Below, piece after piece: positions 30,103 to 39,418 of a stretch of DNA of 64,000 nucleotides. This stretch comes from Acidobacteriota bacterium. GTDB taxonomy: Bacteria > Acidobacteriota > UBA6911 > RPQK01 > JADFOI01. Under the pieces are notes generated by a model, which saw nothing but the letters and a program-made list of their open reading frames with translations, ran no database searches and was not told the origin of the DNA. Numbering within the stretch: position 1 is the first letter of the stretch; the number at the start of each line of letters is the position of its first letter. The position numbers and the translations under genes were made by a program. The DNA lies in assembly GCA_963663035.1 (NCBI GenBank), contig OY760074.1, positions 3,456,001-3,520,000 on the forward strand, given 5' to 3'.

Positions 30103-30525
30103 ATGGCTCAAAAGTATCGGCAGCGAGGGTATAAGGACAGCGATGGCGGCGGGCAGGAAAACCGGCACTCGCAACCGAAGCCCTCACGTGAGGGACCTCG
30201 GTCGCCTCGTATGCCTGGCTTTCATGAAGTCAGACGGTGTGCCATCTGTGGAGTCCAACTCTCCCAGAGTTTCACCGAAATCGAGCCCTCCAGCCAATGT
30301 CCAAAGTGCAGTGCCGACCTGTACACCTGCAAAAACTGCGTCTATTTAGATCCGGCCCGCCGCTTTGAATGCTCCCAGCCGATTCCTGAAAGGATTCCCC
30401 GCAAGAATGTCAGAAATGATTGCCAGTTTTTCCAAGCCCGGATCACAGTAGAAAAGATCACCACATCCGGATCAGAAAAGCCGAAGGATGCCCGAGATGC
30501 ATTTGAAGACCTTTTTAAGAAATGA
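30103..30525 (+). CDS. Hypothetical Cys-rich (Zn-ribbon/Fe-S-like) protein
   Basis: CAIC, CPKC, CKNC plus two further Cys; ATGA overlap with etfB. Confidence 0.7.
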   Translation: MAQKYRQRGYKDSDGGGQENRHSQPKPSREGPRSPRMPGFHEVRRCAICGVQLSQSFTEIEPSSQCPKCSADLYTCKNCVYLDPARRFECSQPIPERIPRKNVRNDCQFFQARITVEKITTSGSEKPKDARDAFEDLFKK

Positions 30526-31304
30526 AGCTCGTTACCTGTTTAAAAGAAGTCCCCGCTCGAGACACCCGCTACGAAATCAATGCCCAGGGCACTGGAATCC
30601 GGGATTCCGATCTCACCTTCGAAATCAGTGAGTGTGACGAGTACTCGCTGGAAGAGTCCCTAAGACTCCGGGAGAAACACGGCGGAGAGGTGATCATCCT
30701 CACACTGGGTCCGCAAAGGGCCGAGAAATCCATAAGGAAAGGCTTGGCCATGGGAGCCGATCGTGGAATTCTGGTCAAGGACGAGGAGGGAAAACTCACG
30801 ACTCCACATGCGGTGGCCAAGGTTTTGGCCGAAGTCCTCAAGCAGGAGGAGTATGACCTGATTCTGACGGGGACACAGTCGGACGATTGGAGCTATGCGC
30901 AGACCGGTGTTCTATTGGCCGAATTCCTGGGGCTCCCTCACGCCACTATCGTGATGGAGATTGGGGTAGACCCCGCCCAAAAGACAGTCAAGGCGCTGCG
31001 AGAGATGGAGAGTGGCTGGTTCCAGCGGGTGGAACTGCCAATGCCGGCAGTGTTGACCATTCAGGCGGGAATCTCCCAGATCCGCTATGCCTCTTTGAAA
31101 GGCATTATGCAGGCTAAGAAAAAAGAACTGCGAAACATCGAGTTGAGCGAGCTCAAGGTAGACCTGAGCTCTCTCCCCGAGATTGAGGTGCTCAAAGTCT
31201 ATTTTCCCGAAGCCGAGAAGAAGGCCGAAATTCTGCAAGGGGCTCCTGAAACAGTGGTTGAAGAATTGGTGGAGAGGCTGCGAAAAGAAGCCAAGGTGCT
31301 GTGA
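30522..31304 (+). CDS. etfB: Electron transfer flavoprotein beta subunit
   Basis: TCLKEVP, LAMGADRG, GTQSDD and IRYASLKGIMQAKKK motifs. Confidence 0.92.
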   Translation: MKLVTCLKEVPARDTRYEINAQGTGIRDSDLTFEISECDEYSLEESLRLREKHGGEVIILTLGPQRAEKSIRKGLAMGADRGILVKDEEGKLTTPHAVAKVLAEVLKQEEYDLILTGTQSDDWSYAQTGVLLAEFLGLPHATIVMEIGVDPAQKTVKALREMESGWFQRVELPMPAVLTIQAGISQIRYASLKGIMQAKKKELRNIELSELKVDLSSLPEIEVLKVYFPEAEKKAEILQGAPETVVEELVERLRKEAKVL

Positions 31305-32278
31305 AAATCTACGTCTTGATCGATCACGGAAATGGTGAGATCCGTGTCCCTTCACTGGAGAGCCTGACTCTTGGCCAGAGGATGGCTGAGGAGGCCGGTT
31401 GCTCACTCCATGCTCTACTCCTCGGCCATAAAATCCAGCCTCTGGCTGAACGGATTGCCAGTCAGAAGGTCGAGTCTGTTTTGCTGGTCGAGGACCAGAA
31501 GTTAGCAGACTATGATCCGGATGTTTATTGCCAAGCCCTCAGCCAGATCCTCACTGAAGACCAGCCCTATCTTTTGCTCATGGCGCATATTTACCAGAAC
31601 ATTGATTTGGCGCCTAAATTGGCGGCAGTCATCAGTAAAGGATTGGTGACCGATTGTATCGGTTACCGCAAGGAAGCGGACAGCTTCATCTTCGTTCGTC
31701 AGATGTTCAGGAATAGGCTCAACGCGGAGGTGCAGATCCGATCCGAGCATCCATGGATTGTGACCATGCAGGTGGGAGCGACAAGTGTGGATGATCTAAC
31801 GGAGGGAAGCGCCCAAGTTGTAGAGCGCTCTGTAGATCTGTCGGCTGTGGAGCTTCGTCGCAAGCCCCTGGAGGCTTTCGAAGCCACCAAGGGAAAAGTG
31901 GATCTTTCCCAGGCAGAATTGATCGTGGCGGTGGGGCGCGGCATCAAGAAAGCGGAAAATCTGAAAATCATTGAGGAACTGGCAGAGGTGCTGGGGGCGG
32001 AAATTGCAGCTAGCCGTCCCGTGGTCGACAGTGAGTGGTTGACTCGGGACCGCCAGATCGGGAGCTCAGGACAGACCGTAACTCCTCGCCTCTATGTGGC
32101 TTGTGGTATTTCCGGCGCCATTCAACACATCGTGGGAATGAAGAACTCTGATTGCATCGTAGCCATCAATACCGATCCCAATGCTCCCATTTTCAATATT
32201 GCCACCTACGGAATTGTTGGGGACCTGTTCGAGATTGTCCCAGCCTTGACCAAGAAACTCCAAGAAGCCAAAGGTTAG
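31301..32278 (+). CDS. etfA: Electron transfer flavoprotein alpha subunit
   Basis: QIGSSGQTV, GISGAIQH and AINTDPNAPIF motifs. Confidence 0.92.
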   Translation: MKIYVLIDHGNGEIRVPSLESLTLGQRMAEEAGCSLHALLLGHKIQPLAERIASQKVESVLLVEDQKLADYDPDVYCQALSQILTEDQPYLLLMAHIYQNIDLAPKLAAVISKGLVTDCIGYRKEADSFIFVRQMFRNRLNAEVQIRSEHPWIVTMQVGATSVDDLTEGSAQVVERSVDLSAVELRRKPLEAFEATKGKVDLSQAELIVAVGRGIKKAENLKIIEELAEVLGAEIAASRPVVDSEWLTRDRQIGSSGQTVTPRLYVACGISGAIQHIVGMKNSDCIVAINTDPNAPIFNIATYGIVGDLFEIVPALTKKLQEAKG

Positions 32279-32471
32279 CCCGCATTATGCATAAATTTTC
32301 TGCTGCAGTGTCGCAATCATCCGCGCTGACTGCGTTGTGTTTCCTTGCGTTCCTCGACGTACTGCAAGAGTACGTCTGCGGGGGCTTGGGGTACCCGCTT
32401 GCGGGTCGCACGCCTTGTCATCGCGGCGCTTGCGCCACTTCGCTACGAAAACCTATGCATACTGCGGGCTA
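32276..32471. mobile_element. ~200-bp palindromic MITE/REP-like element, copy 2
   Basis: Terminal inverted repeats tagcccgcattatgcata / tatgcatactgcgggcta; shares ctgcagtg.cgcaatcatccgcgctgactgcgtt with copy 1. Confidence 0.8.
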
Positions 32472-32481
32472 GTCCGCGTCT

Positions 32482-33510
32482 ATGAAAGCACTCCTGATTC
32501 GCCAGCACGGGGACTTGGAGCAAGTACGATTCGAGGAGATCGACGATCCTGCGATGCAGCCGGGCTGTGTTCGGGTGAGAATCCAAGCCACCTCCTTGAA
32601 TCATTTAGATCTGCATACAGTAAGGGGACTTCCCGGCCGAAGTTTGAAGATGCCGCACATTCTCGGTTCGGACGGGGCTGGAGTGGTGGAAGCCACTGGA
32701 CAGGGAGTGAGTCGTTTTTCTGAGGGCGAGCGGGTCCTGCTCAACGCCGTCCTGTCCTGTGGCAAGTGCGAATTTTGTATTCAGGGTGAAGAGAGCCGTT
32801 GTGTCGATCTGCAGCTTCTGGGAGGACAGCTCAGCGGGACCCATGCCGAGTGTCTGGTGGTCCCGGAAGCCAATCTGGAGAAAATTCCGGAAAGTGTCTC
32901 CTTCCAGGAGGCAGCTGCCTTTTCGCTGGTGTTTCAAACGGCCTGGCGCATGCTCAAAAACCGAGCACGACTTCAGCCGGGAGAAGATGTTTTCATCCAT
33001 GGAATCGGAGGTGGAGTCTCTTCTGCAGCACTGCAGATCGTCAAGCTCTTGGGCGGCAGGGTCTTTGTCAGTTCCTCCAGTGATGAGAAGTTGAAGCATG
33101 CTCGAGAGATGGGCGCTGACTTCGGGTACAACTACACCAAAACAGATGTGCTCCAGGAAGTGCTCGGAGTGACAGGAAAGCGAGGGGTGGACGTTGTCGT
33201 AGACAGCGTGGGAGATTCAACATGGGTCCAAAGCCTCCAGCTGGTCAAGAAAGGAGGGAAGATCGTCACCTGTGGAGCCACCTCGGGAAGCAATCCTGAA
33301 ACCGAAATTCGCCTGATTTTCTGGAAGCAGGTCGACATTCTCGGCTCCACCATGAGCAACCGAAAGGAGCACCAGGAAATCGTCGCGCTTTTAGGAGAGG
33401 GGAAGCTGAAACCCGTCATCGATAAGGAATTTGCTCTCTCGGAGGGAAAAGACGCTTTGCAGTATCTTCAACAGCAAAAGCAATTCGGAAAAGTAATCCT
33501 GGTTCCCTGA
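32482..33510 (+). CDS. Zinc-binding (MDR) alcohol dehydrogenase/quinone reductase family
   Basis: GSDGAG, CGKCEFC...C structural Zn site and HGIGGGV motifs. Confidence 0.88.
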   Translation: MKALLIRQHGDLEQVRFEEIDDPAMQPGCVRVRIQATSLNHLDLHTVRGLPGRSLKMPHILGSDGAGVVEATGQGVSRFSEGERVLLNAVLSCGKCEFCIQGEESRCVDLQLLGGQLSGTHAECLVVPEANLEKIPESVSFQEAAAFSLVFQTAWRMLKNRARLQPGEDVFIHGIGGGVSSAALQIVKLLGGRVFVSSSSDEKLKHAREMGADFGYNYTKTDVLQEVLGVTGKRGVDVVVDSVGDSTWVQSLQLVKKGGKIVTCGATSGSNPETEIRLIFWKQVDILGSTMSNRKEHQEIVALLGEGKLKPVIDKEFALSEGKDALQYLQQQKQFGKVILVP

Positions 33511-33546
33511 GCGCGGGTCAGTGGTCAGCGTTTCACCGGTCAGCGT

Positions 33547-34521
33547 TTAGAATGTTTGGGTGAGGAACTCAAGTTCTTCTTTCAAGTGATCCCTGATCAG
33601 GACCCACCCGTGAGGTTCTCCGTCGAAAACTCGGAAGACGTGTGAAATTCCTCTTTCGGTCAGGGTCTGGTCAATTGTCTGGAGACCCTTCTCCATGGGG
33701 AAGGCATCCAGGTAGCGGTCGGCCGTACCGTAGGAGAAATAAACCTTCAAATCCTTCAGGTCACTTTCGCGGGCTAACAACTCCACACTGTTGTCGAGCC
33801 AATGATCACGATCAAACGGCATCCCGAAAACGGGCTTAAATAATTGGACGAAGAACTCCGCTCTCCGCGATGGAGAGTTAAGGACTAGCTCGGAGGGATC
33901 CTCACCCAAAAGTACAATCGGTGAGCCAGCCATGACCGAGCTGAATAGCTCAGGTTGTTTCATGGCGATTTTCAATGCCCCATACCCTCCCATGGAGGTC
34001 CCAGCGATAGCGCGGTTCTCTCGCCCAGTGTCAACGCGAAATTTCTTTTCGACCTCTTGAATCAGGTCCTTGTAAATGAATTGCTCCGTCTTCTTGGTTC
34101 CGTCCAGAGAATCTGTGTAAAAACTGTTTCCTCCCTTGGGATGGACCATCAGGAATTGTGGGAGGTTTCCCTCGAGGAGCAGGTTTTCAATGAGCGAAGG
34201 GATGTTCCCATACCTTGCCACTGCCCAGCTGGTATGGTCATTATTCAGTCCATGAAGAAAATAGATGACCGGAAATCGCCTATTGGTTTCCTTGTCGTAG
34301 GCTGGGGGGAAGAAGATACTGTATTCTCCCTGCCCTCCCAGTTCAGCGGAGGAAAACTCGTGAAATTCTACTCGCGATCCTCCCTCCAGGTGAATGGTTT
34401 GAGGATCGGGGATGCGTTGTGGTGGACCGCCTCCTCGCTGAGCCCAGCTCGAGCTGGAGGCTAGAGAAATCGCCAGAATCGGTAGTACGAAGAACCTTAC
34501 ACTTAGCTTTGCCACGTTCAT
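33547..34521 (-). CDS. Secreted alpha/beta-hydrolase (putative esterase)
   Basis: Signal peptide; YFLHG, GTSMGG nucleophile elbow and HGW motifs. Confidence 0.85.
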   Translation of the reverse strand: MNVAKLSVRFFVLPILAISLASSSSWAQRGGGPPQRIPDPQTIHLEGGSRVEFHEFSSAELGGQGEYSIFFPPAYDKETNRRFPVIYFLHGLNNDHTSWAVARYGNIPSLIENLLLEGNLPQFLMVHPKGGNSFYTDSLDGTKKTEQFIYKDLIQEVEKKFRVDTGRENRAIAGTSMGGYGALKIAMKQPELFSSVMAGSPIVLLGEDPSELVLNSPSRRAEFFVQLFKPVFGMPFDRDHWLDNSVELLARESDLKDLKVYFSYGTADRYLDAFPMEKGLQTIDQTLTERGISHVFRVFDGEPHGWVLIRDHLKEELEFLTQTF

Positions 34522-34530
34522 CCTGCCAGG

Positions 34531-35592
34531 TTAGAGGGACTTGAGACTTCTTAGTATTTTCTTGATATACGAGGAAACAGGATAACCTTTCTCACCCGGT
34601 CTCGTCCAGGTGAATCTTGGGCGGGGTGCCGGACTTTTGAGGGAGACCAAAACGGGATGAAAGTTCAGCTTCCGAAAGGTAATCTGATGGGTCACGGGGG
34701 CAGCTCTCTTCCTGACCTTTAGATCCAACCCGTGAGTCTTCAGAAAAGTTTCTGCCAGATGGGGAGTCGGTTGTCCCTGGACCCGGGGAAACTCCCAGAA
34801 TCCTCTCAGGAAAGTTTCATCCCAGTTTTGGGTGAGCAGATATTTTTCGCCTTTGGCAATCAAGGCGACGGTATGGTGAAACTCCTGGACAGAAGGCCGG
34901 GTCCGTGGTCGAGGGAGAGTCTCCTGAAGCCCTGCTTTGTTGGCCATGCAGCTTTCGGTGAGTGGGCATGAAGCGCACAGAGGGTTGCGAGGCTTACACA
35001 CCAGGGACCCGATTTCCATCAGAGCCTGGTTAAAATCGCGGATATTTTTCGTAACAGAGGCTTCATTGACAAGCTGGGCAAGAAATTTCCGCAGCTTCCC
35101 CACGATGGTGCGCTCAAGATCGTCTTCGATCTTGAGATAGCGAGTGAAAAATCGGGTGATGTTGCCGTCCAGGATGGGGAGAGGTTCTCCATGTGCGAGA
35201 GAAAGGATTGCCCCGGCCGTGTAGTCTCCGATGCCGGGCAGCTCCAGGGCCTGGCTGAGGTCGCTAGGGAATTCTCCACCATGTCGTTCACAGACCATCT
35301 GCGCGGCTCTATGGAGGTTTCGTGCCCGCCTGTAATATCCCAAGCCGGACCAGGAAGAGAGAATTTCGCTTTCTTCTGCTTTGGCCAGATCTTCTACGGT
35401 TGGGTAGCTTCTCAGGAATTCTTCGAAGTAAGGCACTACGGTCTTGACCTGCGTCTGCTGGAGCATGACTTCGGAAACCCACACTCGATAAGGATCAGGA
35501 TCATTGCGCCAGGGAAGGTCGCGCTTGTTGTCCCGGTACCACCCTAGAAGACGAGGGGCGAATTCCGTGACGGGAATGGGCAGCCGCAGCAT
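34531..35592 (-). CDS. mutY: A/G-specific adenine glycosylase
   Basis: WVSEVMLQQT, GLGYYRRARNL, LPGIG HhH and CxPRNPxCxxCPLxxxC motifs. Confidence 0.92.
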   Translation of the reverse strand: MLRLPIPVTEFAPRLLGWYRDNKRDLPWRNDPDPYRVWVSEVMLQQTQVKTVVPYFEEFLRSYPTVEDLAKAEESEILSSWSGLGYYRRARNLHRAAQMVCERHGGEFPSDLSQALELPGIGDYTAGAILSLAHGEPLPILDGNITRFFTRYLKIEDDLERTIVGKLRKFLAQLVNEASVTKNIRDFNQALMEIGSLVCKPRNPLCASCPLTESCMANKAGLQETLPRPRTRPSVQEFHHTVALIAKGEKYLLTQNWDETFLRGFWEFPRVQGQPTPHLAETFLKTHGLDLKVRKRAAPVTHQITFRKLNFHPVLVSLKSPAPRPRFTWTRPGEKGYPVSSYIKKILRSLKSL

Positions 35593-35594
35593 TG

Positions 35595-36794
35595 TTATTT
35601 AAGCAGAAGCTTGGCAATGGTGGCCAGCTGGATGTTTGAGGTTCCCTCGTAAATCTTTCCGACCTTGGCGTCCCGAAAATATTTTTCCACAGGATACTCC
35701 TTGGTGTAACCATAACCGCCAAAGATATCTATCACTTGGGAAGTGACTCTTTCTGCTACCCAGGAACTGAAGTATTTAGCCATGGCCGCCTGTTTAATAA
35801 AATCTTTTCCCGCATCTTTGAGCCGCGCCGCGTTGTGGACCAACAATTGGGCGGCTTCCAATTCGGTCGCCATCTTGGCAAGAGGGAACTGGATGCCCTG
35901 AAAACTGGCAATGGGTTTACCGAAGGCCTCACGTTCCTGGGAATATTCGACTGCATATTCAAATGCTCCTCGAGTCAATCCGATCATCTGGGCCCCGATT
36001 CCGATTCGACCTTCGTTGAGGCTCTCCATGGCCACCTTGTAGCCCTTTCCAACCTCCCCCAAGACATTGGATAGTGGGATCTCACAGTCCTCCAGGATGA
36101 GCTCGCAGGTGGAGGAAGCTCGAATCCCCAGTTTCTTCTCCTTTTTTCCAACCGAGAAGCCTTCAAAGCCGCGCTCGACCAGAAAAGCTGTGATCCCCTT
36201 ATAACCCTTTTCCGGTGCGGCGTTGGCAAAGACAATAAAAAGTGAAGCTTCCGATCCGTTTGTGACCCACAGTTTGTGACCGTTGAGAAGGAATCTGTCC
36301 TTATGTCTCTCGGCTCTCGTGCGCAGTGAGAAGGCGTCGCTACCCGAGCTGGCTTCCGAAAGGGCATACGCTCCCACCCATTCTGAAGCCAAACGGGGAA
36401 GATAACGTTTCTTTTGTTCCGCCGATCCCCAGCCAAGGATGGCGTTGTTGACCAGGGTGTTTTGCACGTCCACCATCACTCCCACAGAGGCATCCACCCG
36501 ACTCAGTTCTTCAACGGCTACAACGGACATGAAGAACGTTGATTCAGAGCCGCCCAGAGAAGTGGGGATTCCGATCCCCATGAGTCCGAGCTGGAAACAT
36601 TTCTTGATGATTTCCGAATCGATCTCTTCCTGCTCATCCATCCTCATGACGTGAGGGCGAATCTCGTGCAGAGAGAAGTTCGCCACACTCTCTTTAAACA
36701 GGTTTTCTTCTTCGGAAAGTTCGCTTAAGGGAGTTCTCTCTTCTGGATCAGGGGGCATAATGTAGGCCTTTGATGTCGACGGTCTCGTTATCAT
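35595..36794 (-). CDS. Acyl-CoA dehydrogenase (short/branched chain)
   Basis: ALSEASSGSD, KLGIRASST, FGGYGY and IYEGTSNIQ motifs; start may be the ATG at 36758. Confidence 0.92.
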   Translation of the reverse strand: MITRPSTSKAYIMPPDPEERTPLSELSEEENLFKESVANFSLHEIRPHVMRMDEQEEIDSEIIKKCFQLGLMGIGIPTSLGGSESTFFMSVVAVEELSRVDASVGVMVDVQNTLVNNAILGWGSAEQKKRYLPRLASEWVGAYALSEASSGSDAFSLRTRAERHKDRFLLNGHKLWVTNGSEASLFIVFANAAPEKGYKGITAFLVERGFEGFSVGKKEKKLGIRASSTCELILEDCEIPLSNVLGEVGKGYKVAMESLNEGRIGIGAQMIGLTRGAFEYAVEYSQEREAFGKPIASFQGIQFPLAKMATELEAAQLLVHNAARLKDAGKDFIKQAAMAKYFSSWVAERVTSQVIDIFGGYGYTKEYPVEKYFRDAKVGKIYEGTSNIQLATIAKLLLK

Positions 36795-36821
36795 ACACTG
36801 AGACGTTGTCTCGACAGAACT

Positions 36822-37100
36822 CTAGTGTCCCGTCCCATTTATACCCAGACATTTGCTGATGGGGCTTGGGAGGGGAGATCAAGGAGCGAGGAGGAGGTGA
36901 TGCAGGGACATCGGCGACGACGAGCGACGCAGAGACCGCCCGCAACCCCCATCAGCCCGAAGGGTGGCGGCGGGACGGCATCAATTTCTTTGTCGCTCCT
37001 CCTCCGCGATGCACACAGACATCGCGTTGTCGTCGCTTCGCGAACTCGACGCCGTCGCGCTCGCCACAAACGGCAAGGTATTCATGGGACGGGACACTAG
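36822..37100. mobile_element. MITE with 24-bp terminal inverted repeats and CTAG at both ends, inserted in the 5' end of dinB
   Basis: ctagtgtcccgtcccatttatacc / ggtattcatgggacgggacactag (2 mismatches); highly self-complementary interior. Confidence 0.8.
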
Positions 37101-38178
37101 CTGGAATCGAACCATTTTTCACGTTGATATGGACGCCTTTTACTCGTCCGTTGAGCAGCGTGAGCACCCAGAGTACCGGGGTAAAGCGGTGGTTGTGGGA
37201 GCGGATCCTCAAGAGGGGAAAGGTCGAGGAGTCGTGGCCGCCTGTTCCTACGTGGCACGAACCTTCGGAATCCATTCCGCAATGCCGATCAGCCAGGCTT
37301 TTCGATTGTGCCCAACTGGAATTTATTTACGGCCTGATTTCAAAAAATATACCCAGGTGAGCCGTGAAATCCGGACCATCTTTCGTTCCTTCTCTGATCT
37401 GGTGGAGCCCCTCAGTATTGACGAGGCCTTTCTCGACATGTCTCACCAGGTGAAGGACCCTGCAACAGCCCTTGAACTCGCCCAGTCTTTGAAAGCTGAA
37501 ATTGTCCAGACCCAACACCTCACCTCATCCGTTGGGATCGCTCCCAGCAAGTTCGTTGCCAAGATTGCCTCAGACCTCGAGAAACCCGATGGCTTAGTCC
37601 TGGTGTGCCTGGATCAGGTGCAAAGTTTTCTCGATCCTCTTCCTATTTCGCGCCTTTGGGGCGTGGGACCAAAAACTGAAACAAAACTCTCTGAGATGGA
37701 AATCAGGACCATTTTGCAGCTTCGCCATTACGACAAACGAGCGTTGGTAGAGCGTTTTGGAAAATTTTGGGTGCACTTGTGGCGCTTGTCCAATGGCCTT
37801 GACGATCGGCCCGTGGTGCAGAATCGGGAGGCTAAATCCATTGGGCACGAAACCACTTTTGCTGAGGATGCCTGGGAGAACGAAACTCTCGAACACGCTC
37901 TAGAAGGCCTCAGCAGCCGTGTCTCCCAACGGCTGTGTCAAAGAGGACTGTCCGGCAAGACAGTCACTCTTAAACTGCGTTACTCGGATTTCACCACCAT
38001 CACCCGGCAAACCACCCTGCGGGAAGCGCTGGACAGTGGGTCAGATATCTATTCCATGGTCCGGAAGTTGCTGCGGAAGTTTCGTGACCCGGAACGCAGG
38101 ATTCGTCTGGTCGGTGTCTCTGTCTCTTCCCTGCAAACGGACTCCCAGCTCAGCCAGGGACAAATGAAGCTCTTTTAA
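37084..38178 (+). CDS. dinB: DNA polymerase IV
   Basis: HVDMDAFYSSVEQ, SYVARTFG, SIDEAFLD and KIASDLEKPDG motifs; ATG lies inside the MITE right end. Confidence 0.92.
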   Translation: MGRDTSWNRTIFHVDMDAFYSSVEQREHPEYRGKAVVVGADPQEGKGRGVVAACSYVARTFGIHSAMPISQAFRLCPTGIYLRPDFKKYTQVSREIRTIFRSFSDLVEPLSIDEAFLDMSHQVKDPATALELAQSLKAEIVQTQHLTSSVGIAPSKFVAKIASDLEKPDGLVLVCLDQVQSFLDPLPISRLWGVGPKTETKLSEMEIRTILQLRHYDKRALVERFGKFWVHLWRLSNGLDDRPVVQNREAKSIGHETTFAEDAWENETLEHALEGLSSRVSQRLCQRGLSGKTVTLKLRYSDFTTITRQTTLREALDSGSDIYSMVRKLLRKFRDPERRIRLVGVSVSSLQTDSQLSQGQMKLF

Positions 38179-39404
38179 CTCTTCTCTATGAGGCACTCAG
38201 GGTCTTCAAGGAGGGGAATGATGTGATGCAGAAATTGAGCAGCCAGAGTTCCGTCCACAACCCGGTGGTCTGAAGAAAGACTCAGATTCATCATTTTGCG
38301 CACGACGATTTGGCCATCCCGCACGACAGGCTTCTCGGAAATCTTGTGTAGTGCGAGAATTGCAACTTCAGGGTAATGGATGATGGGAATGGCCAGGACT
38401 CCTCCCAGCGCTCCCAAACTCGTGATGGTGAAGGTTCCCGCCTTCAAATCCTCGAGCCTGGTTTTGCCCTCCACAGCGGCCTTGGAAAGCTGGGCGATTT
38501 CCTGGGCAAGCTGAAGCAGGTCTTTCTTATCCACCTCCTTCACCACGGGAACGATCAACCCGTTGGGAGTGTTGGTGGCGATTCCGATGTTGTAATATTT
38601 CTTGAGCTGAATGACTCCCTGTTCTTCATCAAGAGAGGAATTGAGTAGGGGAAACTCCCTCAGTCCGCTGACTGCGGCCTTCATGAAGAAGGGAAGATAG
38701 GTCAGACGTACTTTCTTGCCTTGGCTTGATTGAAGAAGCTGTTTGCGCAAACGCACCAGTTCTGTTGCGTCCAGTTCCTCTACATAGGTGAAGTGAGCAG
38801 CTGTTTTTTGGGAGTTCACCAGATGTTCGCCCATCTTTTTGCGAACTCCACGATAGGGAATGGTCTCCACTTCACCACCTGAAGGCACATCTATCGCCCC
38901 GGTGGGCTGGGTGTCCCCTGCCGGCCCCTTCAGAGCCTCGAGATCCTCCCTGGTCACCTTTCCACCTCGTCCGCTGCCTCGAATCTTACTGAGATCAACC
39001 CCCATCTGACGGGCAAGAGCACGAACTGCTGGCGTGGCCAGCACTGCACCTTGGGCAGGCTGTTTGCCCTGCTTGGGAGCAGACATGTCTGTGGGGGCCC
39101 CGGCTCGAGGTTTCGCCAACTGAGCCTGAATGCTTTCCTCGATTGCCGCCCTTTCCTCCTCGTCTCCTTCTTTCTCGATGACCACCAGAGTTGCTCCCAC
39201 TTCGATCAGGTCTCCCTCTTCTCCGATCCGCCTGGCGATCTTGCCCTTTAATGGAGAGGGAATTTCCACTGTGGCTTTATCAGTCAACACTTCCACAATG
39301 GGCTGATCCTCTTCAATAGACTCTCCCTCCTGGACCAGCCAACGCACGATTTCTCCCTCCACGATGCCTTCCCCGATGTCAGGAAACTTGAATTCAAAAG
39401 CCAT
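38175..39404 (-). CDS. 2-oxoacid dehydrogenase E2 dihydrolipoamide acyltransferase
   Basis: Lipoyl TDKA, E3-binding ATPAVR and DHRVVDG motifs. Confidence 0.92.
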   Translation of the reverse strand: MAFEFKFPDIGEGIVEGEIVRWLVQEGESIEEDQPIVEVLTDKATVEIPSPLKGKIARRIGEEGDLIEVGATLVVIEKEGDEEERAAIEESIQAQLAKPRAGAPTDMSAPKQGKQPAQGAVLATPAVRALARQMGVDLSKIRGSGRGGKVTREDLEALKGPAGDTQPTGAIDVPSGGEVETIPYRGVRKKMGEHLVNSQKTAAHFTYVEELDATELVRLRKQLLQSSQGKKVRLTYLPFFMKAAVSGLREFPLLNSSLDEEQGVIQLKKYYNIGIATNTPNGLIVPVVKEVDKKDLLQLAQEIAQLSKAAVEGKTRLEDLKAGTFTITSLGALGGVLAIPIIHYPEVAILALHKISEKPVVRDGQIVVRKMMNLSLSSDHRVVDGTLAAQFLHHIIPLLEDPECLIEKS

Positions 39405-39418
39405 AGCGATAGTGGAGT

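Noticed and set aside
36964-37083. N-terminal 40-aa extension of DinB in the ORF track
   Set aside because: Lies wholly inside the MITE and has no DinB similarity.
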